A DNA stretch of 20,000 bases from an uncultured virus (IMG/VR IMGVR_UViG_3300033463_005796) (lineage: Duplodnaviria > Heunggongvirae > Uroviricota > Caudoviricetes). Within the stretch, counting starts at the first letter, position 1, and the number at the start of each line of letters is the position of its first letter. Both the position numbers and the translations under genes were made by a program. The notes under the pieces were generated by a model. That model worked only from the letters and a program-made list of their open reading frames with translations, was not told the DNA's origin and did not search any database. The stretch lies in IMG/VR virus record IMGVR_UViG_3300033463_005796, one strand, 5' to 3'. Below are positions 14,480 to 20,000 of the stretch, piece by piece.

Positions 14480-16060
14480 ATGCCAAACAATCCTGACAGC
14501 CCTGAGATGAAGAAATACTATGAAGAATTTCGAAAGTTCTATGAAAAGCATAAGAACCATGTGAAATGCCCAGAATGCAAAAATGAATTTGATGCGATCC
14601 CTATGGGATGCATGGATGAAACATGGCAAAAAGACGAATACGTATGTCCGGCATGCGGAGCTGTAGCTGAAGGCCCTGAAGTGGAAGAGACTGCTCCAAA
14701 GCATCCAAAAGAAAAGACTAATGAATCTAAGAATGTTGAATCAACGAAGAAATATGTCATAAGGAACTACAAAGGGAACCTTTTAGAGTCTCTAGAAAAC
14801 TTTGGAAAAAAGTTCCCAGACATGAAAGTGAAGTCTGTCAAAGTAAAAGACGGGACTGTCATGTTTGAAGCTCTTTCAAGGTCATATGACGGCATGGGGA
14901 CACAGTACAAGTTCCGCCGGCGTCCATCTGACAAGCAGGCTAAGTACTATATCACATGGTCTGATGCTGGCGAAGACCGCGTCATTGGCTTCGTCTTAGG
15001 GATCCCTGAAGAGAACAGAAAGCACTTCGTCTTGTCTCAGTACGAGGAGAACCGTTGGTCTTACACATCATCTCCAAAGAGAGTCGCTGCTGTCGCCGAG
15101 ATGGTCACAAAGCAGTTTCCAAACTTCTGGTTCGCCATCAGGAAAGAAGAATATACCGAGGACATCCAGCGCACTGCTAACACGGGAGCTCCTCCAAAGA
15201 ACCATGCAAGGAACTTCAACCGTCTAGCTGACTATGACCCAAGGACAAAGACTTGGTTCGGCTTAGACGCTGTCAAAGAGCTCCCTGAGCCTGAGTCCAA
15301 CCCTGAGACTTTCCAAGACAAGATGAACAAAGCAGCTGCCCCAAAGGACAAATCTGACGCTGCTGACAAGCAGTTCTTGCAGAAGTGGAAGGGGGAGAAC
15401 CCAATGAAGGTCCAGTTCGAGATCGAGAAGCGCCAGAGGGAAGTCAACCGCAACAGAGACACGATCGAAGCTACAAAGAAGCCTGAGCTGAAAGCAAGCT
15501 TAGAGAAGCAAAATGAGCATTTGACGCATGAGATTGAGCTTTTGGGCTCATTGGTCGGTGGGGTGAAAGAGTCAATGGCTGTTGGCTTCAAGAAAGCTTT
15601 CGAAGGATGGAAGAAAGAATGGGAAGCCCGCAAGAGTGGCAAAACAAATGAATCCCGCAGCATCGATCCAAAAGCCTATGATTTCTGGGCAAACAACTTT
15701 GAAGATGAAGTCAAAAGACTATTCAATGATGATCCAGAAAAAGCTAATGATGTCTTGGCAGCGACAGATGAACTTGCAAGCAATGACCATGCAAGAGCAA
15801 AGCTGTTAGACAAGTTCCTTAAGGATGACCATGATGATTTCATCATGTTGTTCGCAGACCTCTTCGACATGTCCCCTAATGCTGACCTCTCTAAAGTGTC
15901 TCTTGACGACCTTGATGAAGAAGGCGTGAAGGATGCTTGGAATAACCTGGTCAAAGGAAATCCTCGCGCAGCTATCATGTATTACATCGACAACCTTGCT
16001 TATGGCCAAAGAACAGTTCTAGACGATGTTCTTGAAGCATGCGGGAAATATAATAAATAA
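14480..16060 (+). CDS. multidomain protein: Zn-ribbon, NYKGNL module, coiled coil, acidic C-domain; possible virion internal protein
   Basis: CPEC/CPAC; KKYVIRNYKGNLLESL; repeated xxES linkers; AAAAGGA SD. Confidence 0.8.
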   Translation: MPNNPDSPEMKKYYEEFRKFYEKHKNHVKCPECKNEFDAIPMGCMDETWQKDEYVCPACGAVAEGPEVEETAPKHPKEKTNESKNVESTKKYVIRNYKGNLLESLENFGKKFPDMKVKSVKVKDGTVMFEALSRSYDGMGTQYKFRRRPSDKQAKYYITWSDAGEDRVIGFVLGIPEENRKHFVLSQYEENRWSYTSSPKRVAAVAEMVTKQFPNFWFAIRKEEYTEDIQRTANTGAPPKNHARNFNRLADYDPRTKTWFGLDAVKELPEPESNPETFQDKMNKAAAPKDKSDAADKQFLQKWKGENPMKVQFEIEKRQREVNRNRDTIEATKKPELKASLEKQNEHLTHEIELLGSLVGGVKESMAVGFKKAFEGWKKEWEARKSGKTNESRSIDPKAYDFWANNFEDEVKRLFNDDPEKANDVLAATDELASNDHARAKLLDKFLKDDHDDFIMLFADLFDMSPNADLSKVSLDDLDEEGVKDAWNNLVKGNPRAAIMYYIDNLAYGQRTVLDDVLEACGKYNK

Positions 16061-16116
16061 AGTTTCCCGCGCGTACGCGCGCCCGCGAGAGAAAAGAAAA
16101 ATTCTTTCCAGGAATG

Positions 16117-16144
16117 AAAAAAGCTCCCTTTTAGGGAGCTTTTT
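16117..16144. terminator. bidirectional intrinsic terminator
   Basis: AAAAAAGCTCCCT-TTT-AGGGAGCTTTTT between convergent genes. Confidence 0.85.
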
Positions 16145-16200
16145 AGGCACATTGCCTGTCCTCGATCTTCCTATGCAGGATCTAGTTCAATGCCCTATTT

Positions 16201-16785
16201 TCAAAATAGTTTGTTTGTTAATGGCTTCCATTTCCCAGGGTTGTTCAAGATGTCGACTTCTGTCTCAAAGCCAGCTTCATCTTGTTCTTTTTCATAATGG
16301 AAGACGTCGAACCCATAGACGCTCTTTGAAAGGTCTGAATATTTTTCTATGATCTTCTTTTCGATAGCGTTCCGCTGCTTGATGAGGTCAAGAAGCTCAT
16401 TCCTGCGCTTCAGCTCGTTCTTGTCGATCATCTTTTCGACAGTCTTTGTGTCAAGTGGCTTTGTCGAGTAGTCTTTGTCGATAGGGAGCTTTGGCCAGAT
16501 CTCACTGTCACGAAAATATGTGTCTTTGCTGCGATAGAAGACCATGTCAATGAGCTTCTGCTTTCCGCCTTCTGACAAAGCATAGACATATGGGCCATTT
16601 TTCTTAGTTTTCTCTCTGACAAGGTAATGCTTGTTGTATAGGTTCAAAAATGCATGTGAGAATGCTGACTTGTAGTCTTTGAATGCGTGTGGGAAAAGGC
16701 TTGAAAGATGCTCTACAGCTAAAGATGTAGTGTTGATTCCATCTTTTCCAAGGTAATATAGGACTGCTTTTTCTATGTTGTTCAT
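16201..16785 (-). CDS. probable winged helix-turn-helix DNA-binding protein
   Basis: start MNNIEKAVLYYL; LxNLYNKHYLVRE...YVYALSEGGKQ resembles a PadR/MarR-type wing (pattern recognition only). Confidence 0.65.
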   Translation of the reverse strand: MNNIEKAVLYYLGKDGINTTSLAVEHLSSLFPHAFKDYKSAFSHAFLNLYNKHYLVREKTKKNGPYVYALSEGGKQKLIDMVFYRSKDTYFRDSEIWPKLPIDKDYSTKPLDTKTVEKMIDKNELKRRNELLDLIKQRNAIEKKIIEKYSDLSKSVYGFDVFHYEKEQDEAGFETEVDILNNPGKWKPLTNKLF

Positions 16786-16821
16786 TGCTTGAAATAGTAT
16801 TGTTTTTAATAATATACGCTT

Positions 16822-16837
16822 TGCAAGAAAGTAAATA
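16822..16837 (+). promoter_or_regulatory. candidate late promoter TGCAAGAAAGTAAATA
   Basis: second copy of the 14426 motif, 18 nt before ATG 16856. Confidence 0.5.
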
Positions 16838-16855
16838 AAACAAAAGATTTTTATA

Positions 16856-17260
16856 ATGAAAAAGTACACTATCAAAAACTACAAAGGGAACCTTGTCGAA
16901 TCTTTGAAGAAATTCTCAGAAAAATACAAAGGCATGAAGATCGTCGAAGCCACAGAAAAAAACAATGAATTAAAAATTGTTTGTGAAGTTAAAGATATTG
17001 AAGATTATGACGATTATGATGACGCTGTTGATACAGATAGCAATTATGGAGATTTTTGGGTAGAACTATATAAAGATCATTATGGTGATCCAATTAGAAA
17101 AGAATTTGATAATTTCAAAGATGCATTTGAATTTGCTGATTCTAAAACAAAAAGCAAACAGTATGAAGCAATTTTTATTGCTATTAACGTTGCAGGCGGA
17201 CCATCAATCGCATCATCATATGATAATATTCATGGTTGTTGGGTCGGAAGAACAAAATAA
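16856..17260 (+). CDS. hypothetical protein with N-terminal NYKGNL module
   Basis: MKKYTIKNYKGNLVESL. Confidence 0.85.
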   Translation: MKKYTIKNYKGNLVESLKKFSEKYKGMKIVEATEKNNELKIVCEVKDIEDYDDYDDAVDTDSNYGDFWVELYKDHYGDPIRKEFDNFKDAFEFADSKTKSKQYEAIFIAINVAGGPSIASSYDNIHGCWVGRTK

Positions 17261-17295
17261 AGCAATTTTAACAATTTAACCTTCTAAAAAGAAAA

Positions 17296-17805
17296 ATGAA
17301 AAAATACACAGTAAAGAACTATAAAGGCAACCTTGTCGAATCTCTTGAGAAATTCAAAAAGTCTCATGAGAAGATGCGCATTGTTGAAGCCGTTGAAGGT
17401 GAAGATTTTTTGACTATTGTCGCAGATGACTATCTTTCAACTCCATTGTTTGACTTTGGGTCAAAGCTGCTCATGTTTGGAGTAGAAGTCCACTTGTGGC
17501 ATCTGAACTGCGACAATGGTGATACTCATGCTGCATTGAAAGAACTCTATGAAGCATGTGATGACATTGGAGACAGACTTCTAGAAGCCTTGATAGGGAT
17601 CTATGGTGGAACTGTCACAATTCATGCAGCTTCAACAGAGACAGAAGTTGGAAGATATGACAGAGCTTGCATCGACAAGATATCTGCTATGAAAGAAGAA
17701 GCCGCTGGATTAGCTCCAGGAAGCCCAGCTGGAATAAGCAGCATCCTCGATGACTTCTGTGAGACATGCAATTCAGTCATCTACAAGCTTAAGCAGTTGA
17801 ATTAG
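17296..17805 (+). CDS. NYKGNL module fused to Dps/ferritin-like four-helix domain
   Basis: HLWHLN...HAALKELYE...DRLLE resembles Dps ferroxidase ligands; C-terminal YKL helix. Confidence 0.75.
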   Translation: MKKYTVKNYKGNLVESLEKFKKSHEKMRIVEAVEGEDFLTIVADDYLSTPLFDFGSKLLMFGVEVHLWHLNCDNGDTHAALKELYEACDDIGDRLLEALIGIYGGTVTIHAASTETEVGRYDRACIDKISAMKEEAAGLAPGSPAGISSILDDFCETCNSVIYKLKQLN

Positions 17806-17811
17806 TCAAAA

Positions 17812-18741
17812 ATGGTCATTGTCCCTAGAGATGTGTTAGAAAAACTTCAAAAGGGAGTTTCTGAGGAAGAAGAAAACTCAAAGCTCCCTTTTGATTTTGA
17901 TGATTTTATAAAAAGTGTTGACCATGAGTCAAAAGTCAGAGACTATCTGTCAAGAAGGAACATTGAATATGTTGGCACAGGGACAAGCCGGACAGCATTT
18001 TTGATTCCGAAAGGATCATGCGTTGATGCTAGAGACAGATCTGTATGCTTCAAGATCGCAAAGAACCTTGTTGGAGTAAAGCAGAACCAGACAGAGCATC
18101 AGATCATAAAGAAGTATGGAGAGAACAGCCCATGCTTTGTCAAGATATTCAAATATGATGACAGGCGCAACTTATGCCTAGAAAGTGAGATAGGAAGTCG
18201 CCTTTCTCAGTTCGACATGAAAGAATATTTCTCTGACTGGAACAATTTCATGAAGAAGACTGATGCTGAGAGAAGCTTTTCAGACAAGTTCAAGAGCTTT
18301 TTCTCAATGCATGGAAGAAAATACAAAAGCGTAAAGAAGATCTTGACTATAGAGAACTTTGAAGATGACTTCTTTGACATATTGTTTACAGTCAAAGACT
18401 TTAGGAAGCTGGGGTCCCACGCTTCTGAAGACAACAATCTGAAAAAATACAATGAAGAAGCTGGATTATATATAAGGACAATCAAGAAATGCGCTAAAAA
18501 CTACCCTAAGTATTCTGGCGTAGGTGGGTTGATTGAACTTTTGTTTGAAAGGGGCGCTGAAGCTGAACTGAGGATTGGTGAATTCACCGATGAAGACAAC
18601 TTCGCAATGGTCTATAGAGATGATCCCGATCCAGTCTTGCTTCCAATCGACTATGGCATAACACAGAAAGTCTTTGAAGACTTCTATGGAAAGAATGCTA
18701 GAAAAGAATATTTTGAAGAACCGCAACAACAAAGTAATTAA
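17812..18741 (+). CDS. protein-kinase-like fold protein
   Basis: VGTGTSRTAF Gly loop, CFKIAK, NQTE helix-C Glu, GEFTDEDN, IDYG. Confidence 0.7.
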   Translation: MVIVPRDVLEKLQKGVSEEEENSKLPFDFDDFIKSVDHESKVRDYLSRRNIEYVGTGTSRTAFLIPKGSCVDARDRSVCFKIAKNLVGVKQNQTEHQIIKKYGENSPCFVKIFKYDDRRNLCLESEIGSRLSQFDMKEYFSDWNNFMKKTDAERSFSDKFKSFFSMHGRKYKSVKKILTIENFEDDFFDILFTVKDFRKLGSHASEDNNLKKYNEEAGLYIRTIKKCAKNYPKYSGVGGLIELLFERGAEAELRIGEFTDEDNFAMVYRDDPDPVLLPIDYGITQKVFEDFYGKNARKEYFEEPQQQSN

Positions 18742-18757
18742 TTTTAATAAAACTCCT

Positions 18758-20000
18758 ATGAAGACACAAGCAGAAATTTTACACGAGAACATAGCAGAAT
18801 TAAGTGAAAAAGTAGACGGTTTCGCAGATGCAATCAACACTTCACTTGAGACTGTTGTCGACAAGACTGAATCTATTGTCGTTGACTTGAACCAGACTTA
18901 TGCACGTCTGAATGAAATCGACGACACTATCGCCAACATAAACACTGATGTCAAAGTTGATGTCGACCTTGAAGAACTTAAAGAATATATCCCAGAAAAG
19001 ACAAATGAACTTGTTTCATCATCACTTGAAGCAATTTCTGAAAAATTAGATAGACTCATTGATCTAAATAGCAAAGAATATCTAAACACTGTTGACAGTT
19101 TAAATGATTATTTAGATGAACAACTAGAAGAATCTGGTTGTTATGATGAATATAATGAAACAATTAATACATTAAATGAACAAGAATTATCCTTAGGTGA
19201 TTATATTTCTAATATAGGAAATTATTTAACTCCAGTTGATGTTTCAGATGTTTTATCTTCTAATATAAGTGTTGATGTCAGTAGTGATTTAGAAGATGAA
19301 AATACATTTTCATTGCATTTGAAAAGAGATAATAATGAAGTTAAGAAAAGAGCTGAAAAAACTATAAAAAAAATAATAGATAATATGATAACCGGCTTTC
19401 AGAATGGAACTGGGAAAACATCTTTAACTGATTATTTTAATGGTCTTGATGGAAAATCATCAACAGAGGTTGTAAATAGCATAATAGGAGCATTTAAAGC
19501 TGGATTAAACAGCGCAAAAAGCATAACAGACAGTATAAATACAGCTGCCAAAAAAATATCAACAGCATTGAATGGTTATAAACAGAATATCAATAATTTC
19601 TTTACAGCATATAAAAATACTTTAGAAGATTCTAGTAAAACTGATGCTCCGTGCTGCGTTGATCTTAAAAAATTAGCAGAAACATCTTTAAAAATACAGT
19701 TAATACTAGAATATAATCCAATATTTTGTGGTGCATCAACTAACAAAGGAAATAAATGGCAATTAACTGAAGAATACTGTAACAATACTGCAAATGAATA
19801 TAAGAAACAGTTAAACAATTTCTTAAAAGAACATTCAGGCAATTCAAATGATAAAATTACATTAAATAAAACTGATCGAGATGATCTTTTAGCAAAAATA
19901 AATCTAAAATATGAAGCTATTTTAAGCGCTATTATAAAAGATACAGATTCAACATTAATACCATTTGCTAAACCAAAAAATTGGCAAAAAATAACAACTG
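18758..20000 (+). CDS. long AT-rich ORF, 3'-truncated, acidic coiled-coil-like N-terminus (MKTQAEILHENIAELSEK...)
   Basis: hand-translated, open from ATG 18758 to window end; absent from ORF track. Confidence 0.8.
   Translation, partial: MKTQAEILHENIAELSEKVDGFADAINTSLETVVDKTESIVVDLNQTYARLNEIDDTIANINTDVKVDVDLEELKEYIPEKTNELVSSSLEAISEKLDRLIDLNSKEYLNTVDSLNDYLDEQLEESGCYDEYNETINTLNEQELSLGDYISNIGNYLTPVDVSDVLSSNISVDVSSDLEDENTFSLHLKRDNNEVKKRAEKTIKKIIDNMITGFQNGTGKTSLTDYFNGLDGKSSTEVVNSIIGAFKAGLNSAKSITDSINTAAKKISTALNGYKQNINNFFTAYKNTLEDSSKTDAPCCVDLKKLAETSLKIQLILEYNPIFCGASTNKGNKWQLTEEYCNNTANEYKKQLNNFLKEHSGNSNDKITLNKTDRDDLLAKINLKYEAILSAIIKDTDSTLIPFAKPKNWQKITT

Noticed and set aside
19394..19423. GFQNGTGKTS as a Walker A motif
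   Set aside because: Spacing does not fit GxxxxGK[ST] and no Walker B context is evident

Overview
Bacteriophage DNA, most likely from a large lytic phage (inferred from gene content and layout; no hallmark capsid or polymerase gene is in the window). 1-13.6 kb is an early or host-takeover region of about 40 short minus-strand ORFs. Most are hypothetical; recognisable ones are a P-loop kinase/AAA_33-like NTPase, a calcineurin-like phosphoesterase and a Zn-finger/acidic protein. The region is punctuated by 25 copies of one sigma70-like promoter motif, CTGC(C/T)A-N17-TATAAT, mostly with an extended -10 TG and an AT-rich UP tract. Twelve copies are packed into two hubs (12560-12984, 13618-13996) in divergent, convergent and tandem arrangements with hairpins and mini-ORFs. 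Each hub lies upstream of one of two very GC-rich paralogous genes. The 10.2-14.2 kb block is bracketed by oppositely oriented GGCGGAA(TC) repeat arrays. At about 14.4 kb the coding strand switches. Plus-strand, more AT-rich putative late genes follow: three proteins sharing a KKYxI/VxNYKGNLxESL module (one fused to a Dps/ferritin-like domain), a kinase-like protein and a long open ORF. A minus-strand winged-helix protein lies among them.
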